Part shown: piece after piece, positions 1-9,798 of the stretch
Layout of the letters: every line of letters starts with the position of its first letter
Position numbering within the stretch: the stretch's first letter is position 1
Source of the DNA: Rhodobacter capsulatus SB 1003
Lineage (GTDB): Bacteria; Pseudomonadota; Alphaproteobacteria; Rhodobacterales; Rhodobacteraceae
Reading direction: 5' to 3'
Length of the DNA: 32,000 nucleotides
Assembly: GCF_000021865.1 (NCBI RefSeq)
Contig: NC_014034.1
Location: 660,001 to 692,000, forward strand
Position numbers and translations under genes: made by a program
Notes under the pieces: generated by a model
The model's database searches: none
The model's input: the letters and a program-made list of their open reading frames with translations, nothing else
What the model was told of the DNA's origin: nothing

Positions 1-2
1 AC

Positions 3-1028
3 CAGCTTTTGGGCATGGCCGGGCAAAGCCCGAAACTGATGGCCGTGCGCCCGAACGGGGTCGAGGATGCGGCGCAGTTCCGTCTGGATATCGACTGGGC
101 CAAGGCGGGGGCCGTGGGGCTGACCGCGGCGGATGTGGGCGATTTCCTGAACACGATCTGGTCTTCGGCCTATGTGAACGACTTCCTGCACGAAGGCCGC
201 GTCAAGCGCGTCTATGTGCAGGGCGAGCCCTGGGCGCGCTCCACCCCGGCCGATTTCGCGCTCTGGCGGGTGCCGAATGCGAATGGCGATTTCGTCTCGC
301 TCTCGACCTTTGCCACCGAGAAATGGGTCTACGGGCCGCAGCAGATCGTGCGCTATGACGCGCTGCCCGCGATGGAGATCCAGGGCTCGCCGGTGCCGGG
401 CCTGTCCTCTGGGGCGGCGATGACGGAGATGGAGACGCTTGCCGCGCAATTGCCGCCCGGTTTCGCGCTGCAATGGTCGGGCCTGTCGCTGGAGGAAAAA
501 GAGGCGGGCAACAATGCCATGGCGCTTTATGCGCTCTCGCTCGCCGCGGTCTTCCTGTGTCTGGCGGCGCTTTACGAAAGCTGGGTCATTCCGGTGGCGG
601 TCATTCTGGCGATGCCGGTGGGCATCATCGGGGCGCTGATCGGTGCCTGGCTGGGCGGTCAGGCGAACGGGGTCTATTTCCAGGTCGGGCTGCTGACTGT
701 TGTCGGTCTGACCGGCAAGAACGGCATCATGATCGTGGAATTTGCCCGCGACCGCATGCGGACCCTTGGCGAAGACGCGCTGACCGCCGCGGTCGAGGCC
801 GCCCGGCTGCGCTTCCGTCCGATCCTGATGACTTCGCTCGCCTTCACCCTGGGCGTCGTGCCGCTGATCCTGTCGACCGGCGCGGGCGCGGGGGCGCGCG
901 AGGCGATCGGCTACACCACGCTCTTCGGCACGCTGACGGGGACGGGGCTGGCGATCTTCTTCGTGCCGCTCTTCTTCCGGCTGACGAACGCGATGTTCAC
1001 GCGGCGCAAGAGCCCGGCCGCCGCCTGA
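3..1028 (+). CDS. RND (HAE1, AcrB/MexB-type) efflux permease, C-terminal ~340 aa; 5' end lies outside the window
   Basis: The frame is open from the window edge; the TTG at 9 is only the first start-like codon. The translation shows typical AcrB C-terminal porter and TM8-12 sequence (ALYESWVIPVAVILAMPVGIIGA, LLTVVGLTGKNGIMIVEFA, RFRPILMTSLAFTLGVVPL). Confidence 0.85.
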   Translation, partial: QLLGMAGQSPKLMAVRPNGVEDAAQFRLDIDWAKAGAVGLTAADVGDFLNTIWSSAYVNDFLHEGRVKRVYVQGEPWARSTPADFALWRVPNANGDFVSLSTFATEKWVYGPQQIVRYDALPAMEIQGSPVPGLSSGAAMTEMETLAAQLPPGFALQWSGLSLEEKEAGNNAMALYALSLAAVFLCLAALYESWVIPVAVILAMPVGIIGALIGAWLGGQANGVYFQVGLLTVVGLTGKNGIMIVEFARDRMRTLGEDALTAAVEAARLRFRPILMTSLAFTLGVVPLILSTGAGAGAREAIGYTTLFGTLTGTGLAIFFVPLFFRLTNAMFTRRKSPAAA

Positions 1029-1036
1029 ACATGGCC

Positions 1037-1062
1037 GGCAGGGGCGTTCCGGCGCCCCTGCC
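1037..1062 (+). terminator. GC-rich hairpin 9 nt after the RND stop codon; candidate intrinsic terminator
   Basis: GGCAGGGGCG-TTCCGG-CGCCCCTGCC gives a perfect 10-bp stem. It is followed only by a weak T-containing tract (GGTTCTTCC), so termination efficiency is uncertain. Confidence 0.45.
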
Positions 1063-1179
1063 ACCGCCGGTTCTTCCGGGCGCAAATCGCCCGCCCCGCC
1101 CGTCCGGCGGCATTGTGCGCTTGACGCCGCCCCGCCACAGGTGAACCCTACGGTTCAGAGTCGTTTCGGAGTTGAAGTC

Positions 1180-2184
1180 ATGTCCTTGCCCGCCGCCTGC
1201 CGCCTCTCTCTTGCGCTGTTTCTGGCCCTTGGCCTTCCCGCGCAGGCGCAATCGCCCTTTGCCGGGCTTCTGGCGCGGATCGAGGGGGCGGGGGATCAGA
1301 CCGGCGTGACCGCCTCGAACGGGCGGCTGGAGGCGCAAAGCGTCGATGTCGCCGGGAAATATGCCGGGCGGCTGACCGAGGTCACGGCCGCCGAAGGGCA
1401 GATGGTCGAGGCGGGGGCAGTGCTGGCGCGGCTTGACGACCGCGATGCGCAGGCGAAATTGCTGGCGGCCGAGGCGGCGGTGCTGCAGGCCGAGGCGGCC
1501 AAGGCGGGCGCCGAAGCGGCGGTGATGCAGGCGCAAAGCGCGCTCGACGTGGCGGTGACGACCCGGACCCGCGTCACCACGCTGCATGCCGAGGGCCATG
1601 CGGCGCAGGCGGTTTTGGACGATGCGGTGAACGGGGCAACGGCGGCGGCGGCCTCGCTCGCCTCGGCGCGGGCGCAGGTGCAAAACGCCACCGCGCTGAT
1701 CGCCGCGGCCGAGGCCAGCCGCGAACAGGCGAAGATCGCGCTGGAAGATCTGGTGATCCGCGCGCCGATCCGCGGCCGGGTGCTCTACCGGCTGCACGAG
1801 CCGGGCGAGGTGATCGCGGCGGGCACGCCCGTGGTGACGCTGCTCGATCTGACCGATGTTTACATGGTGCTCTATCTGCCCGCGTCTGTCGTGGGGACCT
1901 TGGCGCTGAATGACGAGGCGCGGCTGGTTCTGGACCCGGTGCCGCAATATGTGGTGCCCGCGCGGGTCAGTTTCGTTGCGCCCCAAGCGCAATTCACCCC
2001 GAAATCGGTTGAAACCAGCACCGAGCGCGCGGACCTCGTGTTCCGCGTCAAGCTGGCGATCCCGCGCGATCTGCTCTTGCGCTTTGCCGACAGCGTCAAG
2101 GTCGGCGTGCGCGGCATCGGCTTCGTGCGCGCGACGCCCGACACGCCCTGGCCCGCCGATCTGGCGGTGAAGCTGCCCGAGTAG
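1180..2184 (+). CDS. HlyD-family periplasmic adaptor (membrane fusion protein), YhiI-like
   Basis: The ORF track opens at GTG 1141. ATG 1180 gives a signal/anchor-like N-terminus (MSLPAACRLSLALFLALGLPAQA). It has a long Ala-rich coiled-coil hairpin and a beta-barrel motif (IRAPIRGRV), and sits directly upstream of ABC genes. Confidence 0.8.
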   Translation: MSLPAACRLSLALFLALGLPAQAQSPFAGLLARIEGAGDQTGVTASNGRLEAQSVDVAGKYAGRLTEVTAAEGQMVEAGAVLARLDDRDAQAKLLAAEAAVLQAEAAKAGAEAAVMQAQSALDVAVTTRTRVTTLHAEGHAAQAVLDDAVNGATAAAASLASARAQVQNATALIAAAEASREQAKIALEDLVIRAPIRGRVLYRLHEPGEVIAAGTPVVTLLDLTDVYMVLYLPASVVGTLALNDEARLVLDPVPQYVVPARVSFVAPQAQFTPKSVETSTERADLVFRVKLAIPRDLLLRFADSVKVGVRGIGFVRATPDTPWPADLAVKLPE

Positions 2185-2188
2185 GCCG

Positions 2189-4897
2189 ATGCAGCCCGTT
2201 GCCCGGCTGAGCGGCGTTTCCCATCGCTACGGCGCGGTGACCGCGCTTGACGCGGTGACGCTCGATATTCCCGTCGGCGTGATGGCCGGGCTGATCGGCC
2301 CCGATGGCGTCGGCAAATCGACGCTGATGGCGCTGGTGGCCGGGGTGCGGCGGGTGCAGACCGGCCTTGTCGAAAGCCTCGGCGGGTCGATGGAGAGCCG
2401 CGCCCATCGTGCCGCCGTCGCCCCGCGCATCGCCTATATGCCGCAAGGTCTGGGGCGGAACCTTTACCCGACGCTGAGCGTGACCGAGAACCTGCAGTTC
2501 TTCGGGCGGCTGTTCGGTCAGGGCGCGGCCGAGCGGGCCGAGCGCATCGCGATGCTGCTGGACGCCACCGGCCTTGCGCCCTTTCCCGACCGTCCGGCGG
2601 GCAAGCTCTCGGGCGGGATGAAACAGAAGCTGGGCCTGTGCGCCGCGCTGATCCATGACCCGGATCTGTTGATCCTTGACGAGCCCACGACCGGCGTCGA
2701 TCCGCTGTCGCGGCGGCAGTTCTGGGAGCTGATCGCCCGGGTCCGCGCCACCCGGCCCGGCATGAGCGTGCTGACCGCAACCGCTTACATGGAAGAGGCC
2801 GACCGTTTCGACTGGATCGCCGCGATGGACGGGGGCCGGGTCATCGCCACCGGGGCGCCCGCCGATCTGCGCGCGCGGACCGGGGCGCAAAGTCTGGAAG
2901 AGGCCTTCGTCGCGCTTCTGCCCGAGGAAATCCGCGCCCGGCACACGCCGGTGCCGGTGCTGCCGCGCCCGGCAAATCAGGGCCGCATCGCCATCGAGGC
3001 CGAGGGGCTGGTGAAACGCTTCGGCGCCTTCACCGCGGTCGATCACGTCGGCTTTTCGATCCCCGAGGGCGAGATCTTCGGCTTTCTGGGCTCGAACGGC
3101 TGCGGCAAGACCACGACAATGAAGATGCTGACCGGGCTTCTGGACCCGACCGAGGGCACGACGAAGCTCTTCGGTCGCGAACTGGGCCGGTCCGACATGG
3201 CGGCGCGGCTGGGCATCGGCTACATGTCGCAGGCGTTTTCGCTTTATGGCGAGCTGACGGTGCGGCAAAACCTGATCCTGCATGCGCGGCTTTACGGCGT
3301 GGCCCCCGAGCGGCGTGCGGCCCGGGTGGCCGAGGTGATGGCGGAATTCGATCTGGCCGCGGTGGCCGAGGCGATGCCCGAAAGCCTGCCGCTGGGGCAG
3401 CGCCAGCGGCTGCAACTGGCCGTGGCGATGATCCACGAACCGCCGATCCTGATTTTGGACGAGCCCACCTCGGGCGTCGATCCGGTGGCGCGCGACGGGT
3501 TCTGGACGGTGCTGATGCGGCTCTCGCGCGACAAGGGCGTGACGATCTTCATCTCGACCCATTTCATGAACGAGGCGGCGCGTTGCGACCGGATCTCGCT
3601 GATGCATGCGGGGCGCGTGCTGGAGTTGGGCACGCCCGCCGAGATCGTCGCGCGGCGCGGCGCCGACACGCTGGAGGCCGCCTTCATTTCCGTGCTGGAG
3701 GCCGAGGGGGACGGCGACGATGCCCCGCCCGAGGCCCGGATGCCCGCCCCCGCCGCGGCGCCGAAGGGCAGGGGGCTGGCCGCCCTCACCCGGCTTTACG
3801 CCTATTCCTGGCGCGAGACGCTGGAACTGGCCCGCGATCCGATCCGGCTTTTCTTCGCGCTTCTGGGCCCCGTGATCCTGATGCTGGCGATGGGGTTCGG
3901 GATTTCCTTTGACGTCGACCGGCTGTCTTTCGCGGTGCTGGATCAGGATCAAAGCGCCGAAAGCCGCCGCCTGACCGAGGGCTTCACCTCGATCCCGCAA
4001 TTCGCCGAAGCCCCGCCCTTTGCCAGCCCGGCCGAGCTGCCGGGCCGGATGGGGCTGGGCGGGCTGACGCTGGCGCTGGATATCCCCGAGGGTTTCGGGC
4101 GCGATCTGCACCGCGGCGCGGTGCCGGAAATCGGCCTGACCTTTGACGGCGCGATGCCGTTTCGGGCCCAGACCGCGCAGGGCTATGCCCTTGGCGTGCT
4201 GCAGGATTTCAGCGACAAGATCGCCGCCGAGGAAGGGATCGGACAGACCGCCAAGGTCGGCTTCGAGACCCGCTATCTCTTCAATCAGGCGTTTGAGAGC
4301 GCCAATGCCATGGTGCCTTCGGTGCTGATGCTGATCCTGATGCTGGTCCCCGCGGTGATGGCGGCGGTCAGCGTCGTGCGCGAAAAGGAAACCGGCACGA
4401 TCGCGAATTTCCAATCCACCCCGGTCAGCCGGATCGAGTTTCTGGTCGGCAAGCAGCTGCCCTATCTGGCGCTGGCCTGGCTCAGTTTCTGGGTGCTGGT
4501 GACGCTTGGAGTGACGGTCTTTGGCGTGCCGCTTTCGGGCAGCCTGCCCGCGCTGGCCTTTGCGGCGCTGGTCTATGTCACCGCCACGACCGGCTTTGGC
4601 CAGCTGATCTCGGCCTTCACCCGGACGCAGGTGGCGGCGGTCTTTGCCACCGCCGTCGTCGCGATCATCCCCACGGTGAACTTTTCCGGGCTGGTGGTGC
4701 CGGTGTCGTCTTTGGGCGAAGGCGGGCGGATCTTCGGTCTGGCCTTTCCGGGCGCCTGGTTCCAGCCGGTCTCGGTCGGGGCCTTCCTCAAGGGCTTCGG
4801 CTGGCCCGAGGCGATGACCGCCGCATCCGTCCTTGGCCTTTTCGCGGCGGTCTATCTGGGGCTGGCGATCCTGTCCCTTCCCAAGCAGGAGCGGTGA
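2189..4897 (+). CDS. rbbA: Fused ABC protein: two ATPase cassettes plus a C-terminal ABC-2 membrane domain (RbbA/YhiH architecture)
   Basis: 902 aa. Cassette 1: Walker A GPDGVGKST, signature LSGGMKQKL, Walker B LLILDEPTTGVD. Cassette 2: GSNGCGKTT, LPLGQRQRL, ILILDEPTSGVD. The C-terminal ~370 aa are polytopic and hydrophobic. The adaptor / fused ABC / ABC-2 permease gene order matches E. coli yhiI-rbbA-yhhJ. Confidence 0.85.
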   Translation: MQPVARLSGVSHRYGAVTALDAVTLDIPVGVMAGLIGPDGVGKSTLMALVAGVRRVQTGLVESLGGSMESRAHRAAVAPRIAYMPQGLGRNLYPTLSVTENLQFFGRLFGQGAAERAERIAMLLDATGLAPFPDRPAGKLSGGMKQKLGLCAALIHDPDLLILDEPTTGVDPLSRRQFWELIARVRATRPGMSVLTATAYMEEADRFDWIAAMDGGRVIATGAPADLRARTGAQSLEEAFVALLPEEIRARHTPVPVLPRPANQGRIAIEAEGLVKRFGAFTAVDHVGFSIPEGEIFGFLGSNGCGKTTTMKMLTGLLDPTEGTTKLFGRELGRSDMAARLGIGYMSQAFSLYGELTVRQNLILHARLYGVAPERRAARVAEVMAEFDLAAVAEAMPESLPLGQRQRLQLAVAMIHEPPILILDEPTSGVDPVARDGFWTVLMRLSRDKGVTIFISTHFMNEAARCDRISLMHAGRVLELGTPAEIVARRGADTLEAAFISVLEAEGDGDDAPPEARMPAPAAAPKGRGLAALTRLYAYSWRETLELARDPIRLFFALLGPVILMLAMGFGISFDVDRLSFAVLDQDQSAESRRLTEGFTSIPQFAEAPPFASPAELPGRMGLGGLTLALDIPEGFGRDLHRGAVPEIGLTFDGAMPFRAQTAQGYALGVLQDFSDKIAAEEGIGQTAKVGFETRYLFNQAFESANAMVPSVLMLILMLVPAVMAAVSVVREKETGTIANFQSTPVSRIEFLVGKQLPYLALAWLSFWVLVTLGVTVFGVPLSGSLPALAFAALVYVTATTGFGQLISAFTRTQVAAVFATAVVAIIPTVNFSGLVVPVSSLGEGGRIFGLAFPGAWFQPVSVGAFLKGFGWPEAMTAASVLGLFAAVYLGLAILSLPKQER

Positions 4898-6016
4898 ATG
4901 CGCAGCCTTCGCAACATCCTTTGGCTGACCGGCAAGGAGCTGCGGGCGATCCGCACCGACCGGGTGATGCTGGTGCTGATCGCCTATGTCTTCACCCTGG
5001 CGGTCTGGCTGGTCTCCGACGCCGCCAGTACCGAGGTGGATCATCTGGCCACCGCCATCGTGGACGAGGACCGCAGCCCGCTCTCCGCCCGGCTGAGCGA
5101 TGCGATCCGCCCGCCGCTTTTCGCCGCGCCGGTGCCGATGACCGCCGGGCAGGCCGCCGCCGCCCAACGCGCGGGCGAGGCGATCCTGGTGCTGACGATC
5201 CCGCCCGATTTCGAGCGCGACCTGCATGCGGGCCGCGCGACGACGCTGCAGATCCTTGTCGATGCGACGGCGGTGGCGCAGGCGGGCAATGGCGCCAGTT
5301 TCCTGCGCCAGACCCTGTTGCAGGAGCTTTCCGCCGCGCTGACGCCCGGGGCCGCCAGCGCCGATCCGGTCACCGTCGTCTTTCGCAACGCCTTCAACCC
5401 GAACCTGACCTCCAGCTGGTTCAGCGCGGTGATGCAGCTGATGAACAATGTCACCATCCTGATGCTGATCTTGTCCGGGGCCTCGATGATCCGCGAGCGC
5501 GAACATGGCACGATCGAACATGTGCTGGTGATGCCCGTCCGCCCGCACGAGATCGTCGCGGCGAAGATCCTCGCCTCGGGGGCGGTGATCCTTCTGGCCT
5601 CGCTCTTCAGCCTGGTCGTGGTGGTCGAGGGGGCGATGGGCGTTCCGGTGGCGGGCTCGCTTTGGCTTTATGCCGGGGGGGCGGCGATCTATGTGGTGGC
5701 GGTGGCCAGCCTGGGTCTGCTTCTGGCGTCGTTCACCCGGACGATGGGGCAATTCGGGCTTCTGGTCATTCCGGTGATCGTGCTGATGATCCTCTTGTCG
5801 GGGGGGATGACGCCGCTGGAATCGATGCCCGACTGGCTGCAGGGCACGATGCGGACGATTTCCCCGGCGACGCATTTCGTCATCTTCGCCCAGGCGGTGC
5901 TCTATCGCGGCGCGGGGCTGTCGCTGGTCTGGCCGGAAATGGCGGTGATGGCGGGCATGGCGGCGGTGGCGGTGACGATCGTTCTGGCGCGGTTTCGCAA
6001 GGTGCTGGCGGGCTAG
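4898..6016 (+). CDS. ABC-2 type transporter permease (YhhJ-like)
   Basis: The ATG abuts the rbbA stop (TGAATG). 372 aa, with one N-terminal TM, a large extracytoplasmic loop and a C-terminal bundle of hydrophobic helices typical of ABC-2 permeases. Confidence 0.8.
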   Translation: MRSLRNILWLTGKELRAIRTDRVMLVLIAYVFTLAVWLVSDAASTEVDHLATAIVDEDRSPLSARLSDAIRPPLFAAPVPMTAGQAAAAQRAGEAILVLTIPPDFERDLHAGRATTLQILVDATAVAQAGNGASFLRQTLLQELSAALTPGAASADPVTVVFRNAFNPNLTSSWFSAVMQLMNNVTILMLILSGASMIREREHGTIEHVLVMPVRPHEIVAAKILASGAVILLASLFSLVVVVEGAMGVPVAGSLWLYAGGAAIYVVAVASLGLLLASFTRTMGQFGLLVIPVIVLMILLSGGMTPLESMPDWLQGTMRTISPATHFVIFAQAVLYRGAGLSLVWPEMAVMAGMAAVAVTIVLARFRKVLAG

Positions 6017-6093
6017 GAAAGCCTGCTTTACCGGGCAAACCGATCCTTAACGACTTGCCGTTACTGTCGGCCCAAACCCTTCGGGAGGGCCGC

Positions 6094-7926
6094 ATGACCA
6101 TTCTCGTCATTGATGACGAAGCCGCCGTTCGCGACGCATATCGCCTTTTGTTTTCCGGCACCGTTTCATCCCGCCCCGTTTCGCGCGCCGATGCCCTGGC
6201 CGAGGAGCTTTTCGGGGCCGCCGTGCCGCAGGCCGCCCCGGGGCCGAGCATGGGATTCGAGATCAGCCTTGCCGCGCAGGGGCTTGAAGGCGTCGAACTG
6301 GCGGCGCGGGCGCTGCAGGAGGGCACGCCCTTCAAGGTCGCCTTCGTCGATGTGCGGATGCCGCCGGGGATCGACGGCAAGGAAACCGCGCGCCGGTTGC
6401 GCGCGCTTGATCCCGATCTGAACATCGTCATCGTTTCGGCCTGGTCGGACCATTCGGTGACCGACATCACCGCCGTGGCCGGTCCGGCCGACAAGATCTT
6501 TTACATCTGCAAGCCCTTCGAGCCCGACGAAGTGCGCCAGATGGCCCGGGCGCTCAGCGAAAGATGGGACAATGACACCCGGCAGCTGATGTTCCTGCGC
6601 GCCAAGGTCGCCGAACTCGCCGCCAGCGAGGCCCGCGCCCAGCACATGGCCAGCCATGATTTCCTGACCGGGGCGGCGAACCGGATGGCGTTCCAGAACC
6701 GGCTGATCGAACGGCTCGAGGCCGGGACGAACGATCTTTTCGTCGCCTTCCTCGATCTCGACCATTTCAAGCATGTGAACGACACCTTCGGCCATGATGC
6801 CGGGGACGAGGTGATTCGCATGGCCTGTGCCGCCTTTGTCTCCCGCGCCCCCGCGGGGACGATGGTGGCACGGCTGGGCGGCGACGAATTCGGCGTGCTG
6901 CTGACCGGGATGGACCGGGAGACGGCGGTGGCCACCTGTCAGGGGCTTTTGGAAACCTGTTCGGGGGATTTCTCGGTCTTCGGCAATTCGGTCTTCATCG
7001 GCGCCTCCTGCGGGCTGGTCGACGGGTCGTGCCATCCCGGTTGCGACGCCGCCGATCTGATGCGCTTTGCCGATCTGGCGCTGTTTGCCGCGAAACAGGA
7101 CGGCGGCCAGACGGTGCGGGTCTTCGACAAGCAGCTCGACGCCAGCCAGCAGTTCCGCCAGCGCATCGAGGCGGGGCTCTTCTATGCGCTCGCCAGCGAG
7201 GAATTGTCGATCCATTACCAGCCCATCGTCGCCTCGGACACGCTGGATGTGGTGGGTTATGAGGCGCTCTTGCGCTGGAACAGCCGCGATTACGGCACCG
7301 TGCCCCCGGGCGTCTTCATGCCGATCGCCGAGGAAAGCCCGGTGACGCTGCTTCTGGGCGACTGGGTGGTGGAACGGGTGCTGCGCGATGCCCGCGGCTG
7401 GCCGGGCCTGTTCACCGCGATCAACTTCTCGCCGCGGCAATTCCAGCGTCAGGATTTCGTCGCCCGCCTTGCGGCCGAGGCGCGGCAGAACGGCCTTGCC
7501 CCGGCGCTGATCCAGATCGAGGTCACCGAAACCACGCTGCGCGCGCATGCCCGGCAAAGCCGCAAGATCGTCGACGAGTTGCGCGCCCAGGGCTTCCGGG
7601 TGGCGATCGACGATTTCGGCACCGGCGCCTCCAGCATCGCCAGTCTGCAGGATCTGGCCGTCGACGCGATCAAGATCGACCGCAGTTTCATCGAGGGGAT
7701 GGACCGCGACCGCCCCTCGGCCGCCATCGTCACCGCGCTGTCGCATCTGGCCGCCGGGCTGGGCCTTGAAATCGTCGCCGAGGGGGTGGAGCGGATCAGC
7801 CAGCGCGATGTGCTGCGCCAGCTTGGCTGCACGCATCTGCAGGGCTTCCTGTTCGGTCAGGGTCAGGCGGTGGACCGCCTTCTCTCCGCCTCCGGGGGGG
7901 AACCCGGCCGCAGTGCCGCGGGCTGA
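6094..7926 (+). CDS. Response regulator with receiver, GGDEF and EAL domains (c-di-GMP turnover)
   Basis: ATG 6094 is preceded by GGGAGGG. The ORF-track start at 4894 is a spurious in-frame extension across yhhJ. Receiver: MTILVIDDE ... FVDVRMPPGIDG. GGDEF motif intact (RLGGDEFGVLL). EAL motif intact (GYEALLRW), plus DDFGTG and EGVE motifs. Confidence 0.9.
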   Translation: MTILVIDDEAAVRDAYRLLFSGTVSSRPVSRADALAEELFGAAVPQAAPGPSMGFEISLAAQGLEGVELAARALQEGTPFKVAFVDVRMPPGIDGKETARRLRALDPDLNIVIVSAWSDHSVTDITAVAGPADKIFYICKPFEPDEVRQMARALSERWDNDTRQLMFLRAKVAELAASEARAQHMASHDFLTGAANRMAFQNRLIERLEAGTNDLFVAFLDLDHFKHVNDTFGHDAGDEVIRMACAAFVSRAPAGTMVARLGGDEFGVLLTGMDRETAVATCQGLLETCSGDFSVFGNSVFIGASCGLVDGSCHPGCDAADLMRFADLALFAAKQDGGQTVRVFDKQLDASQQFRQRIEAGLFYALASEELSIHYQPIVASDTLDVVGYEALLRWNSRDYGTVPPGVFMPIAEESPVTLLLGDWVVERVLRDARGWPGLFTAINFSPRQFQRQDFVARLAAEARQNGLAPALIQIEVTETTLRAHARQSRKIVDELRAQGFRVAIDDFGTGASSIASLQDLAVDAIKIDRSFIEGMDRDRPSAAIVTALSHLAAGLGLEIVAEGVERISQRDVLRQLGCTHLQGFLFGQGQAVDRLLSASGGEPGRSAAG

Positions 7927-7934
7927 GGCCGGGG

Positions 7935-9794
7935 ATGCGCCTGCGCCTGCTTCGCCTGCGCGCCAAAAGCCTGCGCGCGACCCTGATCTTCGATCTGACG
8001 GTGATCGGCATCACTGCGGCGGCGCTGTTTGCGGTGGTGCTTGGCGTGATGATCCGCAGCAGCTTCGGCGCGCTTGAAAGCGTCGAGATCGGCCGCGATG
8101 TCGACCGCGCCCGGGCGGCGCTGAGCGCCGATCTGGTCGCCAACGAGGCGCATGTGCTTGACTGGGGGCTTTGGGACGAGACCTTCTTCTATCTGCGCGC
8201 TTTCGATCGCGCCTATGAAGACCGCAACATCAATGCGATCTCTTTCGAAAATGCCGAGATTTCCTGCGCCGCCTTTCTGCGGCTGGACCGGTCCGCGCAG
8301 CGCGCCTTCTGTTTCGACCCCGGGACCGGGGCGCCCGACCCCGATCTGGCGGCTGCCGTCCTGACCGATTTCGACACGATGGCGCTGCAACCCTCGCGCG
8401 CGGGCAAGACCTCCTCGGCGGGGTATTGGCAGCAGGGCGGGCGCCTGTTCGCCGTCGCCAGCACCCCGGTGCGGCGCAGCGACGGCTCCGGCACCGCCGA
8501 GGGGCTTCTGGTCTTCCTGCATCTGATCGAGGCGGCGACCCTGTCCCAGTCCCTGCAGGTTCCGGTGCGGCTCGATTTCTCGGCGTTCTCGCCGGTGCCG
8601 GTGGTGGTCGGCGAGGAAGACGTTCTTGACGTCGCGGTTCCGGTGGCGATGGGCTCCGGCCCGCCGATGGCGATGTTGCGCTTTCAGCTGCCGCGGCTTG
8701 TGCTGGCGGCGGGGGAACGGCTGCGCGATCTGACTGTCCTTGCGCTGCTGGGCCTGCTGGCGGCGCTGATGGCGCTGCTCGGGCGGCGGCTGTCGACGCA
8801 GGTTCTGGCGCCGATCCTCGCCTTTCGTCAGCATGTGGTGCAGATCCGCCAGGCGGGCGAACTCGTCCCGATCGAGGGCCCGCCGCGGACTGACGAGATC
8901 GGCGCCCTGCACCGGGATTTCAACGAGATGGCGGCGGAGCTCGAGGCCCTGCGGCTGGCGCATGCCGAGCAGTCCTTCGCGCTTGGCCGCGAGCAGAATG
9001 CGACCGGGCTTTTGCACAATCTGCGCAACAGTCTCAGCCCGGTGCGGGTGATCCTGGCCGATCTGGAGCGGCATCTGCTGCCGGATCTGCCGCCCGAGGC
9101 GGGCCGGGCGCGTCAGGAACTGGCCGATCCGCTGACCGCCGACGACCGTCGACGGCGGCTTGTCGCCTATCTCGAGGCGCTTGATGCCGACCGTGACCAG
9201 CGCGGGGCCGAGGCGCGGGCGCTGTTGCAGGAGGCGGGACGCAGCCTGACCGAAGCGCTCGAGGCGATGCGGGCGCCGCGCGATCCGGCCCGGGTGAACC
9301 GCGACGAGGCCTGCGACCTCGGCCGCGCGCTTGGCCATGCCGCAACCGCGGCGCGGTTCGTCGAGGGGCCGAAGATCGATCTGTCGATCGATTGTCCGCC
9401 GGGGCTGCAGGTGCGCGGCAACCGGGTTCTGCTGGCGCAGATCCTGGAAAATCTGGTCGTCAACGCCACCGAGGCGATCGCCGCCAGCGGCCGGGCGCAG
9501 GGGCGCATCGCGATCAGCGTGACCCCGGCCGAGGACGGGCGGCGCTGCAGCGTCACGCTGGCCGATGATGGCGACGGCTTCGATGCCGCCACCGGCGCGC
9601 GGCTGTTCGAACGCGGCTTTTCCACCCGCACCGACAAGCACGGCGGGCTCGGGCTGCATTGGTGCGCCAACACGCTCTCGACGCTGGGCGGCGCCCTGTC
9701 CCTGACCAGCCCCGGCAAGGGGCTGGGGGCGGTGGCGCGTCTCGACCTGCCGCTGACCGAGGCCTCGGCCGGGCGGTTGCGCCCGGCGGGCTGA
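7935..9794 (+). CDS. Sensor histidine kinase: CHASE4-like periplasmic domain, HAMP, HisKA-like H-box, HATPase_c
   Basis: N-terminal TM, then a DWGLWDETFFYL motif typical of CHASE4. A second TM is followed by HAMP (EIGALHRDFNEMAAEL), an H-box (LLHNLRNSLSP), and N/G boxes (ENLVVNATEAI, DDGDGF, GGLGLHW). Starts 8 nt after the REC-GGDEF-EAL gene. Confidence 0.8.
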   Translation: MRLRLLRLRAKSLRATLIFDLTVIGITAAALFAVVLGVMIRSSFGALESVEIGRDVDRARAALSADLVANEAHVLDWGLWDETFFYLRAFDRAYEDRNINAISFENAEISCAAFLRLDRSAQRAFCFDPGTGAPDPDLAAAVLTDFDTMALQPSRAGKTSSAGYWQQGGRLFAVASTPVRRSDGSGTAEGLLVFLHLIEAATLSQSLQVPVRLDFSAFSPVPVVVGEEDVLDVAVPVAMGSGPPMAMLRFQLPRLVLAAGERLRDLTVLALLGLLAALMALLGRRLSTQVLAPILAFRQHVVQIRQAGELVPIEGPPRTDEIGALHRDFNEMAAELEALRLAHAEQSFALGREQNATGLLHNLRNSLSPVRVILADLERHLLPDLPPEAGRARQELADPLTADDRRRRLVAYLEALDADRDQRGAEARALLQEAGRSLTEALEAMRAPRDPARVNRDEACDLGRALGHAATAARFVEGPKIDLSIDCPPGLQVRGNRVLLAQILENLVVNATEAIAASGRAQGRIAISVTPAEDGRRCSVTLADDGDGFDAATGARLFERGFSTRTDKHGGLGLHWCANTLSTLGGALSLTSPGKGLGAVARLDLPLTEASAGRLRPAG

Positions 9795-9798
9795 GCGC

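Noticed and set aside
1101-1140. A TTGACG hexamer upstream of the HlyD-family gene, as a possible -35 element.
   Set aside because: No acceptable -10 hexamer lies at 16-18 nt spacing, so I did not annotate a promoter.
2096-5875. 1259-aa minus-strand ORF opposite rbbA and the ABC-2 permease gene.
   Set aside because: Its translation is Arg/Gly/His/Pro/Asp-rich, typical of antisense frames in high-GC DNA. The plus strand carries unambiguous Walker A/B and ABC signature motifs.
4894-6093. The ORF-track model 4894-7926 would give a 1010-aa protein fusing an N-terminal extension to the REC-GGDEF-EAL protein.
   Set aside because: The first 400 codons overlap the ABC-2 permease gene in another frame and translate to Arg/Gly/Asp/Pro low-complexity sequence. 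A good RBS and a canonical receiver N-terminus (MTILVIDDE) occur at 6094.
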